DNA from: Mycobacteriales bacterium
GTDB lineage: Bacteria; Actinomycetota; Actinomycetes; JAFAQI01
Direction of reading: 5' to 3'
NCBI GenBank assembly: GCA_036268405.1
Contig: DATAUF010000077.1
Location: forward strand, 17,682 to 81,681
Length of the DNA stretch: 64,000 bases
Part shown: piece after piece, positions 9,929-19,468 of the stretch
Numbering within the stretch: the stretch's first letter is position 1
How the letters are laid out: the number at the start of each line of letters is the position of its first letter
Translations under genes and position numbers: made by a program
Notes under the pieces: generated by a model
Told to the model about the DNA's origin: nothing
The model's input: the letters and a program-made list of their open reading frames with translations, nothing else
Databases searched by the model: none

Positions 9929-10097
9929 CAGGTCCAGAGGAATAGGCCAAACATGTCGATATGACCTGTGCACTATGGACCAAATAACGACTGGTGACTA
10001 GATCGGTTGCGCATGAGGCGCACTCGCTCACCCATTCGGCGTAGTCGGCCGGGCGCACGGACGAGCTGTGGTGAGACTTCTCGGGAAGTTTGAGTGG

Positions 10098-10532
10098 CTA
10101 GTGGTGGAAGCGGAACGGCTGGGGCGGCGGCCGCAGGTCAGCGCGGGGACATGAGGCGAGCGTGAGACTGCCGAAGCCGAAGGCCTCGTCGCACAGTGAC
10201 GTCACGGTGTAGCCCAGCTGCTGGCCCACTCGGGTGATCGTGGCGCGGAAGACGGTGATCTCGTAGCGCGTAGGCATCCCGTAGATGACTTGCATCGTGC
10301 CCAGCAGCTCCGCGGTACCCGGGCCACGGTCGGTGCCGTTCCAAGGCCGGTCGAAACGCTGCCACGTCGACGGCTCGGCCCACCAGAGCCCGCCCATCCG
10401 GACGTCGTGCAGCGTGAGGTGGACGAGGATCTGCCGCGCCGACTCCTCGGGGATCACCGCGGCAGGACGGATCACCTGGGTCACGACGCCGTCGTCGTAC
10501 GCCTCGCTGACGAGCTGCTCGAGCGCGTTCAT
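10098..10532 (-). CDS. hypothetical protein (144 aa, no recognised domain)
   Basis: Composition is not Arg/Pro-biased. A strong RBS (GGAGGAAACGTC) precedes the ATG. Confidence 0.55.
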   Translation of the reverse strand: MNALEQLVSEAYDDGVVTQVIRPAAVIPEESARQILVHLTLHDVRMGGLWWAEPSTWQRFDRPWNGTDRGPGTAELLGTMQVIYGMPTRYEITVFRATITRVGQQLGYTVTSLCDEAFGFGSLTLASCPRADLRPPPQPFRFHH

Positions 10533-10647
10533 GACGTTTCCTCCGCCGCCGAAATGGCCTCTTGTCAGTTGTCGGGCACGAGAGCCGAGTCGCGCATGAC
10601 ACGTTGTGACAGTTCCGGGACGGCGAATGGCGTAACGCGCCCCCCGG

Positions 10648-10965
10648 ATGGCGTACCTGATCCCGATATGGGCGGATTACGCTCGGCACGTGAGCGAGGT
10701 GGACACCGACGTACGGATCGTCGAGCGGCCCGACGTCCTGCCGACGCACGACGGGGATCACGAGCGATTCGCGCACTACGCAGATCGGGACAAGATCACC
10801 GAGGCGATGGTCACCGGTACGCCGGTCGTGGCGCTGTGCGGCAAGGTATGGGTCCCTACCCGCGATCCCAAGAAGTATCCGGTCTGCCCTGAGTGCAAGC
10901 GGCTGTTCGGATTGGGTCCCGAGGGCCGGATGCGGGATTGGCGCAAGCGCAACCCCGAGTCCTGA
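10648..10965 (+). CDS. DUF3039-family actinobacterial protein
   Basis: The pattern DHERFAHY...GTPVVALCGKVWVP.RDP..YPVCPECK is typical of DUF3039. Confidence 0.7.
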   Translation: MAYLIPIWADYARHVSEVDTDVRIVERPDVLPTHDGDHERFAHYADRDKITEAMVTGTPVVALCGKVWVPTRDPKKYPVCPECKRLFGLGPEGRMRDWRKRNPES

Positions 10966-10998
10966 CAACGGACGCCCCTCCGCGCCATAATCGAGGGC

Positions 10999-11760
10999 AT
11001 GGCTGACAAGTGGTTTCCGACGATGCCAAGCTTCGACTCGCTCGAGGACGAGCGTCAGCACCGCAAGGAGCGGCTCGCCGCCGGGTTCCGGCTCTTCGCG
11101 AAGTTCGGCTTCGAGGAGGGCGTCGCGGGTCACATCACCGCCCGTGACCCGATCGAGCCCAACACGTTCTGGGTGAACCCGTTCGCGGTGCCGTTCGCGC
11201 ATGTCTCGGTGAGCAAGCTGATCCGGGTCAACGACACCGGCCAGGTTGTCGAGGGCGACTACTACGTCAACGAGGCCGCGTTCTGCATCCACTCGCGGGT
11301 GCACGAAGCGCGACCGGACGTGGTCGCCGCCGCGCACAGCCACTCGACCTATGGGCGCGCGCTGTCGACACTCGGTGAGCTGCTTGAGCCGATCACGCAG
11401 GACGTCTGCGCCTTCTACGACGATCACTCGCTCTTCGATGACTACACCGGGGTGGTCACCGATCTCGAAGAGGGCAAGCGCATCGCGAAGGCGCTCGGCG
11501 AGAACAAAGCTGTGATCCTGCGCAACCACGGCCTGCTGACCGCCGGCACGACAGTCGACGCCGCCGTGTGGTGGTTCATCACCATGGAGCGTTCCTGTCA
11601 GGTCCAGCTGCTCGCCAAGGCCGCGGGCAAGGTCGTCCACATCGATCTCGACCAGGCGAAGAAGACGCACGAGGTCGTTGGCTCGGAGCTCGCGGGGTGG
11701 TTCTCCTTCCAGCCGCTCTACGAGAAGATCGTGCGGGAGCAGCCCGACCTGCTCGACTGA
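10999..11760 (+). CDS. class II aldolase/adducin-family protein
   Basis: Recognition rests on ITARDP ... HSHS ... NHGLLTAG. Confidence 0.85.
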   Translation: MADKWFPTMPSFDSLEDERQHRKERLAAGFRLFAKFGFEEGVAGHITARDPIEPNTFWVNPFAVPFAHVSVSKLIRVNDTGQVVEGDYYVNEAAFCIHSRVHEARPDVVAAAHSHSTYGRALSTLGELLEPITQDVCAFYDDHSLFDDYTGVVTDLEEGKRIAKALGENKAVILRNHGLLTAGTTVDAAVWWFITMERSCQVQLLAKAAGKVVHIDLDQAKKTHEVVGSELAGWFSFQPLYEKIVREQPDLLD

Positions 11761-11764
11761 TCAG

Positions 11765-11809
11765 GTGTCAGGCTTATCCGACGTCCCAACGTGCTGAGGG
11801 CCTGACAAG
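11765..11809. terminator. hairpin of TGTCAGGC...GCCTGACA class downstream of aldolase gene
   Basis: GTGTCAGGCTT ... GGGCCTGACAAG. It shares its stem sequence with the 5047-5090 hairpin. Confidence 0.5.
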
Positions 11810-12615
11810 TGGGCCCGGTGCTCGAGATTGACGACCCCGACGATCCGAGGCTGGCTGACTACCGCTCGCTGACCGACGTCGCGTTGCGTACCTCGTTCGA
11901 GCCGCCGAATGGGCTGTTCATCGCCGAAGGCGCTCTGGTCATCGAGCGCGCACTCGCCGCTGGCTACCGGCTGCGTTCGGCACTGATGACGCCGCAGTGG
12001 CTCGACCGCACGGCGTCATCGCTCGTCGCCTGCGACGCACCGGTCTATCTCGGGTCCGACGAGCTCCTGCGCGAGCTGACAGGCTTCCATGTGCACCGCG
12101 GTGCGCTGGCATCGGTCCATCGGCGCACACTTCTGTCCGTCGCTGAGGCGGTGGCGACGGCGCAGCGGCTCGTAGTGATCGAGGACATGGTCAACCACAC
12201 CAATCTCGGTGCGATCTTCCGAGCCGCGGCGGCACTCGGGATCGATGGCGTCGTCATCTCTCCGCAAGCTGCTGACCCGCTGTATCGGCGCGCCGTGCGG
12301 GTCTCGATGGGCGCCGTCTTCACCGTTCCGTACGCCCGCGCTGAGTCCTGGCCCGAGGTGTTGGGCGAGCTGAGAGCGGCCGGATTCCTGGTGGCAGCGC
12401 TGACGCCGCAGCCGGGGGCCGTGTCGCTCGGCGAGCTCCCGGTGCCCGATGGTTCGAGGGTCGCCATCGTCGTGGGAACCGAAGGCGCCGGGCTGACCCA
12501 GGCAGCAGTTGACCAGTGCGACGTGGCGGTGCAGATCCCGATGTCCGCGGGCATCGACTCGCTCAACGTCGCGACGGCCGCCGGGATCGCCTTCTGGGAG
12601 CTGCGCCACCGCTGA
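11809..12615 (+). CDS. TrmH/SpoU-family RNA 2'-O-methyltransferase
   Basis: SPOUT motifs are present (VIEDMVNHTNLGAIFRAAAALG ... IVVGTEGAGL ... IPMSAGIDSLNVATAAGIAF). Start could be GTG 11809 or GTG 11818. Confidence 0.8.
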   Translation: MGPVLEIDDPDDPRLADYRSLTDVALRTSFEPPNGLFIAEGALVIERALAAGYRLRSALMTPQWLDRTASSLVACDAPVYLGSDELLRELTGFHVHRGALASVHRRTLLSVAEAVATAQRLVVIEDMVNHTNLGAIFRAAAALGIDGVVISPQAADPLYRRAVRVSMGAVFTVPYARAESWPEVLGELRAAGFLVAALTPQPGAVSLGELPVPDGSRVAIVVGTEGAGLTQAAVDQCDVAVQIPMSAGIDSLNVATAAGIAFWELRHR

Positions 12616-12651
12616 CGGTTCCCCGCCTGATCGTTGGGGCAGGATCGGCCT

Positions 12652-13515
12652 ATGACGCAGACGGTGGAATCGGTCCACGCATCAGGCACGTTCTCGATCG
12701 GCGGAGACCTCGAGGTGCACCGGCTCGGCTTCGGTGCGATGCAGCTCACCGGTCAGGGCGTCTGGGGTGAGCCGCGAGACCGCGACGAGTGCATCCGCGT
12801 GCTGCGCCGCGCCGTGGATCTCGGCGTCGACCTGATCGATACCGCAGACTCATATGGTCCGTACGTCTCCGAGGACCTGATTCGCGAGGCGCTGCACCCT
12901 TATCCGGCCGGTCTGGTCATCGCGACCAAGGGCGGCCTGACGCGTGCCGGGCCGGGCGATTGGCGTCCGGTAGGTAGACCGGCGTACCTCCGCCAGTGCG
13001 TCGAGATGTCGTTGCGCCGCCTCGCCGTCGAGCGGATCGATCTCTACCAGCTGCACCGCGTCGATCCCGCGACCCCGATGGAGGAGTCCCTGGGTGAGCT
13101 GAAGGCGATGCGGGACGAAGGCAAGATCCGCCACATCGGCGTCTCGGAGGTCGACGTGGACACGGTCGAGACGATGCGCACGGTCGTCGACGTCGTCTCG
13201 GTCCAGAACCTCTACAACCTCACCGACCGGCATCACGAGGACGTGCTCGACTACTGCGAACGCGAGGGACTCGGCTTCATCCCGTGGTTCCCGCTGGCCA
13301 CCGGGTCGCTCGCCAAGGCAGGCGGGCCGCTGGCCACGATCGCGGAGAACCACCAGGCCTCGCCGTCGCAGCTCGCCCTCGCCTGGCTGCTGCAGAGGTC
13401 GCCGGTCATGTTGCCGATTCCAGGCACCTCGTCGGTCGCGCACCTCGAGGAGAACTGCGCCGCGGCCGACGTCGAGCTGACGGACGCGGAGTTCGAGCAG
13501 CTCGCCGCTGTCTGA
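12652..13515 (+). CDS. aldo/keto reductase
   Basis: The sequence contains [17 protein letters not shown] and LYQLHRVD. The ATG at 12652 has a GGGGCAGGA RBS. Confidence 0.85.
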   Translation: MTQTVESVHASGTFSIGGDLEVHRLGFGAMQLTGQGVWGEPRDRDECIRVLRRAVDLGVDLIDTADSYGPYVSEDLIREALHPYPAGLVIATKGGLTRAGPGDWRPVGRPAYLRQCVEMSLRRLAVERIDLYQLHRVDPATPMEESLGELKAMRDEGKIRHIGVSEVDVDTVETMRTVVDVVSVQNLYNLTDRHHEDVLDYCEREGLGFIPWFPLATGSLAKAGGPLATIAENHQASPSQLALAWLLQRSPVMLPIPGTSSVAHLEENCAAADVELTDAEFEQLAAV

Positions 13516-13555
13516 AGCGCCGCGCCGACGCCGCCGATAGATAGGCTCCGGCACC

Positions 13556-15154
13556 GTGCCGGTCCTGCCTGATCGCGTCGATCGCGACGCGCCGGAGTTC
13601 GCGGCGCGGCGCGAGGCGCTGCTCGAGCTGCTCGCGGAGCACGAGCGCCAGCTCGCGCTGGCCAACGCCGGTGGCGGTGAGCGCAACGTCGAGCGTCACC
13701 ACAAGCGCGGGAAGCTGCTCCCGCGCGAGCGCATCGAGCTCTTGCTCGATCCCGATTCGCCGTTCCTCGAGCTGTCTCCGCTGTGCGCATGGGGGACCAG
13801 CTACACCGTCGGCGGAAGTGTCGTCACCGGCATCGGCATCGTCGAAGGCACCGAGGTGCTCGTCCAGGCGCACGACCCGACGGTGCGCGGCGGTGCGGTC
13901 AACCCGTTCGGTGCCAAGAAGCAGGGGCGCGCATCTCAGATCGCCAATGAGAACCGGCTTCCTGTGGTCAATCTTGTCGAGTCCGGCGGCGCCGACCTGC
14001 CGACGCAGAGCGAGATCTTCATTCCGGGTGGAGCGGGCTTCCGGGACCTGACGCGCAAGTCGGCCGCGGCCATCCCGACCATCGCGCTCGTCTTCGGCAA
14101 CTCCACGGCCGGTGGGGCCTACGTACCCGGCATGTCGGACTACATCGTGATGGTCGAAGGCCGGGCCAAGGTGTTCCTCGGTGGTCCTCCGCTGGTAAAG
14201 ATGGCGACCGGCGAGGTCTCCGACGACGAGGAGCTCGGCGGCGCCGAGATGCACGCGCGCATCAGTGGCTTGGCCGACTACCTCGCGGTCGACGAGTACG
14301 ACGCGATCCGCCTCGGCCGGCAGATCGTGCGCCGGCTCAACCGACGCAAGCTCGGGGGTACGCCGGCCGCGTCGTACGCCGAGCCGTGCTACGACATCGA
14401 TGACCTGATCGGCATCGTCCCGACCGACCTGCGCGAGCCGTTCGACCCTCGCGACGTGCTCGCCCGCATCCTCGACGGCAGCGAGTTCGACGAGTTCAAG
14501 CCGCTCTATGGGTCATCGCTCGTCACGGGCTTCGGTCAGCTGCACGGCTATCCCGTCGGAGTCCTCGCCAACGCGCGGGGCGTGCTGTTCGGCGAGGAGA
14601 GCGAGAAGGCGACACAGTTCATCCAGCTCGCCAACCAGAGTGATACGCCTCTGCTGTTCCTGCAGAACACCACCGGCTACATGGTGGGCAAGGAGTACGA
14701 GCAGCGCGGCATCATCAAGGCCGGCGCGCAGATGATCAACGCTGTCTCCAACAGCGACGTCCCGCACTTCACGATCAACATGGGTGCGTCGTACGGCGCA
14801 GGCAACTACGGCATGTGTGGCCGCGCCTATGACCCACGCTTCCTGTTCACCTGGCCCAACGCCAAGTCCGCCGTGATGGGACCGGCGCAGCTCGCCGGTG
14901 TGCTTTCGATCGTGGCGCGGGCGTCGGCCGAGGCGAAGGGACAGCCCTACGACGAAGAAGCCGACGCCGCGATGCGCGAGATGGTCGAGAACCAGATCGA
15001 GGCCGAGAGCAAGGCGCTGTTCCTCACCGCGCGCGTCTACGACGACGGCATCATCGACCCGCGTGACACGCGCACCGTGCTCGGCATGTCGCTGTCGGTC
15101 GCCCACAACAACCCCGTGCAGGGACGCCGCGGCTTCGGCGTCTTCCGGATGTAG
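13556..15154 (+). CDS. accD: acyl-CoA carboxylase carboxyltransferase (beta) subunit, methylcrotonyl-CoA carboxylase-like
   Basis: Carboxyltransferase domains are evident (GGAYVPGMSDYIVMV ... NAKSAVMGPAQ). Confidence 0.85.
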   Translation: MPVLPDRVDRDAPEFAARREALLELLAEHERQLALANAGGGERNVERHHKRGKLLPRERIELLLDPDSPFLELSPLCAWGTSYTVGGSVVTGIGIVEGTEVLVQAHDPTVRGGAVNPFGAKKQGRASQIANENRLPVVNLVESGGADLPTQSEIFIPGGAGFRDLTRKSAAAIPTIALVFGNSTAGGAYVPGMSDYIVMVEGRAKVFLGGPPLVKMATGEVSDDEELGGAEMHARISGLADYLAVDEYDAIRLGRQIVRRLNRRKLGGTPAASYAEPCYDIDDLIGIVPTDLREPFDPRDVLARILDGSEFDEFKPLYGSSLVTGFGQLHGYPVGVLANARGVLFGEESEKATQFIQLANQSDTPLLFLQNTTGYMVGKEYEQRGIIKAGAQMINAVSNSDVPHFTINMGASYGAGNYGMCGRAYDPRFLFTWPNAKSAVMGPAQLAGVLSIVARASAEAKGQPYDEEADAAMREMVENQIEAESKALFLTARVYDDGIIDPRDTRTVLGMSLSVAHNNPVQGRRGFGVFRM

Positions 15155-15159
15155 CGGCA

Positions 15160-17124
15160 ATGGCCACCATTCGTCGCATCCTCGTCGCCAACCGTGGCGA
15201 GATCGCCCGCCGGGTTTTCCGCACGGCCCGCGAGATGGGGATCGCAACTGTCGCCGTCTACAGCGAAGCCGACGTCGATGCGCCGTTCGTCCACGAGGCG
15301 GACGCAGCGGTGCTACTGCCCGGGAACACTCCGGCAGAGACGTACCTGCGTGGCGACCTCGTGGTTGCGGCTGCGCAGGCGACCGGCGCGGATGCCGTCC
15401 ACCCGGGCTACGGCTTCCTGTCGGAGAACGCAGGCTTTGCCCGACTGGTGATCGATGCCGGCCTGACCTGGATCGGACCGCCGCCGGATGCGATCGAGGC
15501 GATGGGCTCGAAGCTCGGCGCAAAGCGCATGATGCGTGACGCCGGGGTGCCGACACTGCCGTGGTCCGAGACCGCCGAGGGCGCCGCCGAGGTCGGCTTT
15601 CCGCTGCTCGTGAAGGCGTCCGCGGGCGGCGGCGGGCGCGGAATGCGGATCGTGCGCGAGGAATCCGGGCTCGCCGAGGCGATCGAGGCCGCGAGCCGCG
15701 AGGCGGCAGGTGCATTCGGCGACGCAACCGTGTTCTGCGAGCGCTATCTCGAGGCACCGCGCCACATCGAGGTTCAGGTCTTCGCGGACACCCACGGCAA
15801 CGTCGTCTCGTTGTTCGAGCGTGAGTGCTCGATCCAACGCCGCCACCAGAAGATCGTCGAGGAGGCGCCGTCCCCCGCAGTGACGCCTGAGCTGCGCGCG
15901 AGCCTCGGGGAGGCAGCGGTCGCGGCGGCGCGCGCGGTCGGTTACGTCGGCGCGGGCACCGTCGAGTTCGTGATGGCGCCGGACTCGTCCTACGCGTTCC
16001 TGGAGATGAACACCCGACTGCAGGTCGAGCACCCGGTGACCGAGCTCATCACCGGCCTGGATCTCGTGCGCCTGCAGATTCTCGTCGCGTCAGGTGAGCC
16101 GCTGCCCGCAGCCGCGCTCTCGCCGTCGATCGACGGCCACGCGATCGAGGTGCGTCTCTACGCCGAGGATGCGACGAACGGCTTCCTTCCGGTGACCGGG
16201 ACGCTCCGCGCCTTCGAGATCACCCCCGGAGTGCGCGTCGACTCAGGCGTCGAGTCAGCCAGCGCGGTCTCGCCGTACTACGACGCGATGATCGCCAAGG
16301 TTGTCGCGCATGCGCCAAGTCGCGCCGAGGCCGCAGCACGCCTTGCTACGTCGTTGAGCACGTCGCGGGTGCACGGTGTGACGACGAACCGCGACCTGCT
16401 CGTCCGAATCCTTCGCGAGTCGGAGTTCCTCGCCGGTGCCACCGACACGGGCTACCTGGACCGTCACGACCCCGCTGTTCTCGGTGCGGCACTGCTCGAC
16501 ACCGACGAAGCTCGACGCCAGCATGCCGCGCTTGCCGCGCTTGCTCTGCAGTCGGAACACCGTGCTGCCGCGGCGACGTGGGGGCGCCTGCCGAGCGGCT
16601 GGCGCAACAACCCGTCAACCACACAGCGGCTCGTCATCAGCGATGGGACGGCGGATCGGGTCGTGACCTATGCCCTCGACCGCCGCGGCTCGGTGAGCCT
16701 GTGGGTTGATGGCGAGAGTGTCGCGGTCGAGCTGCACTCGGTCTCGCCGACAGGCATTGACGCGACCATCGACGGGGTACGACGCCGGGCGCACGTCGCG
16801 GTCTCGCCCGACCGGCGGACGATCGACATCGACTCCGCACTCGGTGCGTCGTCGTACCTAGTCGTGCCGCGCTTCACCGACCCCTCGGATTCCGTCGCCG
16901 CCGGATCCCTCGTCGCGCCGATGCCGGGCGCTGTCGTACGAGTCCTCGTGGCGGCCGGTGCGACTGTCGCGAAGGGCGACCCGCTCGTCGTGCTCGAGGC
17001 GATGAAGATGGAGCACACCGTCGCGAGTCCGGCCGACGGGACCGTCGGCGAGGTGCGCGTCACCGCCGGGCAGCAGGTCTATGCAGGGGCGGTGCTTGTG
17101 GTCGTCGATTCAGGTGCGGAGTAG
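15160..17124 (+). CDS. accA: acyl-CoA carboxylase alpha subunit (biotin carboxylase + biotin carboxyl carrier domain)
   Basis: The ATP-grasp biotin carboxylase region is followed by a C-terminal EAMKMEH biotinyl-lysine motif. Confidence 0.85.
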   Translation: MATIRRILVANRGEIARRVFRTAREMGIATVAVYSEADVDAPFVHEADAAVLLPGNTPAETYLRGDLVVAAAQATGADAVHPGYGFLSENAGFARLVIDAGLTWIGPPPDAIEAMGSKLGAKRMMRDAGVPTLPWSETAEGAAEVGFPLLVKASAGGGGRGMRIVREESGLAEAIEAASREAAGAFGDATVFCERYLEAPRHIEVQVFADTHGNVVSLFERECSIQRRHQKIVEEAPSPAVTPELRASLGEAAVAAARAVGYVGAGTVEFVMAPDSSYAFLEMNTRLQVEHPVTELITGLDLVRLQILVASGEPLPAAALSPSIDGHAIEVRLYAEDATNGFLPVTGTLRAFEITPGVRVDSGVESASAVSPYYDAMIAKVVAHAPSRAEAAARLATSLSTSRVHGVTTNRDLLVRILRESEFLAGATDTGYLDRHDPAVLGAALLDTDEARRQHAALAALALQSEHRAAAATWGRLPSGWRNNPSTTQRLVISDGTADRVVTYALDRRGSVSLWVDGESVAVELHSVSPTGIDATIDGVRRRAHVAVSPDRRTIDIDSALGASSYLVVPRFTDPSDSVAAGSLVAPMPGAVVRVLVAAGATVAKGDPLVVLEAMKMEHTVASPADGTVGEVRVTAGQQVYAGAVLVVVDSGAE

Positions 17125-17209
17125 CTCGGTCGCCACCGATCCATGGACTGACCGGAACCAACCAACCTGCTGCGGCGTCTCACCACCAGTCAATGTTGGG
17201 GAGAGCATC

Positions 17210-18289
17210 ATGCGGCTCGGGCAGCGTGCACGTGTAACTCTGATCGGGACCTGCGCGGTCCTCGTCGTGCTGATCGCCATCGCGTTCGCCGTTGGCGGCT
17301 CCGGATCAAGCACCACTGAGTCCGCCGGGTCGGCGAGCAGCACCTCTGGCCGAGCCGGGGGGCTAAGTTTGGCGCCCGCCGGAGTGCCCTCCGCAGCGAA
17401 CGGTCCCACCGAGGACTACAGCTATGCGGCGGGGAAGGTCGCGACGCAGAACGCGGTGCGTGGTGCGCTGCCCACTGTCGCGGCACCGCCAGGGGCTGCG
17501 GCAAGCGGCAGCGGCGGAGGTGCGACCGCCTTGCATTCGACCGCCGGTGGTGTCGCGCCGAGCGCCGCCACGGTGAGCGATGCGTCCTCGGTGGATGCGA
17601 CCCGCATCGTCAAGACCGGTGAGCTCACGGTGCGAGTGCAGAAGAACAAGGTCCAGACGGCGACCCAGTCGTTGACCACGCTCGCCGCGTCGCAAGGCGG
17701 CTACGTGTCGAGCAGCAGCAGCGACCTCGGCGCCGGCGAGCCTTCGAGCGAGGTCGTGCTGCGGATCCCCGTTGCCCACTTCGACGACGCGGTCACCAAG
17801 GCAGAGGCACTCGGTCATGTCGTGTCGATCACGACGTCGGCGGACGACGTCACCGGCAAGTATGTCGATCTCAACGCCAAGGAGCACGCGCTCGAGCGAT
17901 CGCGCTCGACCTACCTGTCGATCCTGTCGCGTGCCAGCACGATCGGCGCGACACTCTCGGTGCAGCAGCGCATCGATGACATCCAGCAGCAGATCGACTC
18001 GCTGCACGGCCAGATCAAGCTGCTCGGCAACCAGTCGTCGTACTCGACACTCACCGTGGACGTGGTGCCGGTCGGCGTGAATGTCTTCGTGACGCCGCAC
18101 CACAGTCGTCATGGCATTGGCAAGGCGTGGCACGACTCGTGGAGCCGGTTCAGCCGTGGCATTGACGCGCTGGTCGGGGCGATTGGACCGATCGTGTTCG
18201 CCTTGCTGTTGCTGGCCCTGATCGGCGCGGTGGGACTGGTCGGATACCGAGGAGTCCGTCGCGTCACCGGCCCGCCCCAGGCTCCGTGA
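17210..18289 (+). CDS. DUF4349-domain membrane-anchored protein
   Basis: An N-terminal TM segment is followed by a coiled region (LNAKEHALERSRSTYLSILSRA ... IDSLHGQIKLLGNQSSYSTLTVDV) and a C-terminal TM. The ATG has a GGGGAGAG RBS. Confidence 0.6.
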   Translation: MRLGQRARVTLIGTCAVLVVLIAIAFAVGGSGSSTTESAGSASSTSGRAGGLSLAPAGVPSAANGPTEDYSYAAGKVATQNAVRGALPTVAAPPGAAASGSGGGATALHSTAGGVAPSAATVSDASSVDATRIVKTGELTVRVQKNKVQTATQSLTTLAASQGGYVSSSSSDLGAGEPSSEVVLRIPVAHFDDAVTKAEALGHVVSITTSADDVTGKYVDLNAKEHALERSRSTYLSILSRASTIGATLSVQQRIDDIQQQIDSLHGQIKLLGNQSSYSTLTVDVVPVGVNVFVTPHHSRHGIGKAWHDSWSRFSRGIDALVGAIGPIVFALLLLALIGAVGLVGYRGVRRVTGPPQAP

Positions 18290-18322
18290 GCGGAGACGCT
18301 CTCCGAACCGTATTCTGCCCGC

Positions 18323-19468
18323 ATGCAGAAGGACCTCTACACCGCTGACCACGAGGCGTTCCGCGACACCGCGCGTGGGTTCGTGGAGCGCTACATCGCT
18401 CCGCACCACGACGAGTGGGAGACGGAGGGCGTGGTCGACCGCGGGGTCTGGGTTGAGGCCGGCAAGCACGGCCTGCTCGGCTTCGAGATCGAGGAGCAGT
18501 ACGGCGGCGGCGGGGTTCTCGATTTTCGCTACAACGCGGTCCTCGCCGAGGAGACCATCCGTGCCGGTGCGAGCGGCATTGGCTTCGGCCTGCACAACGA
18601 CGTGGTGGCGCCGTACTTCGGCCGCCTGGCGACTGATGAGCAGAAGGCACGGTGGCTGCCAGGCTTCTGCAGCGGCGAGCTGATCACCGCCATCGCCATG
18701 ACCGAACCGGCAGCGGGCTCGGACCTTCAGGGCATCAAGACCACCGCGGTGCGCGACGGCGATGACTGGATCCTCAACGGCCAGAAGACGTTCATCACCA
18801 ATGGCATCAACTCCGACCTCGTGATCGTGGTGGCCAGGACTGATCCGGACGCGAAGGCGGCGCAGGGCACCTCGCTGCTGGTCGTCGAGCGAGACATGCC
18901 GGGCTTCGACCGGGGCCGCAACCTCCACAAGGTCGGCATGAAGGCGCAGGACACCGCCGAGCTCTTCTTCACCAACGTGCGGGTGCCGGGCAAGAACCTC
19001 CTGGGCGAGGAGAACCGCGGCTTCATCCACCTGATGGAGAACCTGCCGCAGGAGCGGTTGTCGATCGCGGTCGGTGCGGTCGCCTCGGCTGAGCAGGTCC
19101 TGGCGTCGACGATCGAGTACTGCAAGACGCGTACCGCGTTCGGCAAGCCGATCGGGTCGTTCCAGAACTCTCGCTTCGTCCTTGCCGAGATGGCGACCGA
19201 GGTCGAGATCGCTCGGGTCTACCTGGACAAGTCGATCACCGAGCACAACGAGGGACGCTTCTCGGCAGTGGACGCAGCGATGGCGAAATGGTGGACCACG
19301 GAGCTGCAGAAACGCGTGATCGACTCGTGTCTGCAGCTGCATGGGGGCTACGGCTACATGCTGGAGTACCCGGTCGCCAAGGCGTTCATCGACAGCCGCG
19401 TGCAGACGATCTACGGCGGCACCACCGAGATCATGAAAGAGATCGTCGGCAGATCGCTGGGAGTTTGA
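18323..19468 (+). CDS. acyl-CoA dehydrogenase (isovaleryl-CoA dehydrogenase-like)
   Basis: ACAD fold is evident (TEPAAGSDL ... YGG.TEIM). It is co-located with the MCC subunits. Confidence 0.85.
   Translation: MQKDLYTADHEAFRDTARGFVERYIAPHHDEWETEGVVDRGVWVEAGKHGLLGFEIEEQYGGGGVLDFRYNAVLAEETIRAGASGIGFGLHNDVVAPYFGRLATDEQKARWLPGFCSGELITAIAMTEPAAGSDLQGIKTTAVRDGDDWILNGQKTFITNGINSDLVIVVARTDPDAKAAQGTSLLVVERDMPGFDRGRNLHKVGMKAQDTAELFFTNVRVPGKNLLGEENRGFIHLMENLPQERLSIAVGAVASAEQVLASTIEYCKTRTAFGKPIGSFQNSRFVLAEMATEVEIARVYLDKSITEHNEGRFSAVDAAMAKWWTTELQKRVIDSCLQLHGGYGYMLEYPVAKAFIDSRVQTIYGGTTEIMKEIVGRSLGV

Noticed and set aside
5047-11809. TTGTCAGG-containing motifs as RecA-NDp/PafBC-type DNA-damage promoters (tTGTCRgtg-N8-TAnnnT).
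   Set aside because: The motifs sit at gene 3' ends as the arms of inverted repeats, with no downstream TAnnnT at the right spacing. A terminator or repeat-element role is more parsimonious.
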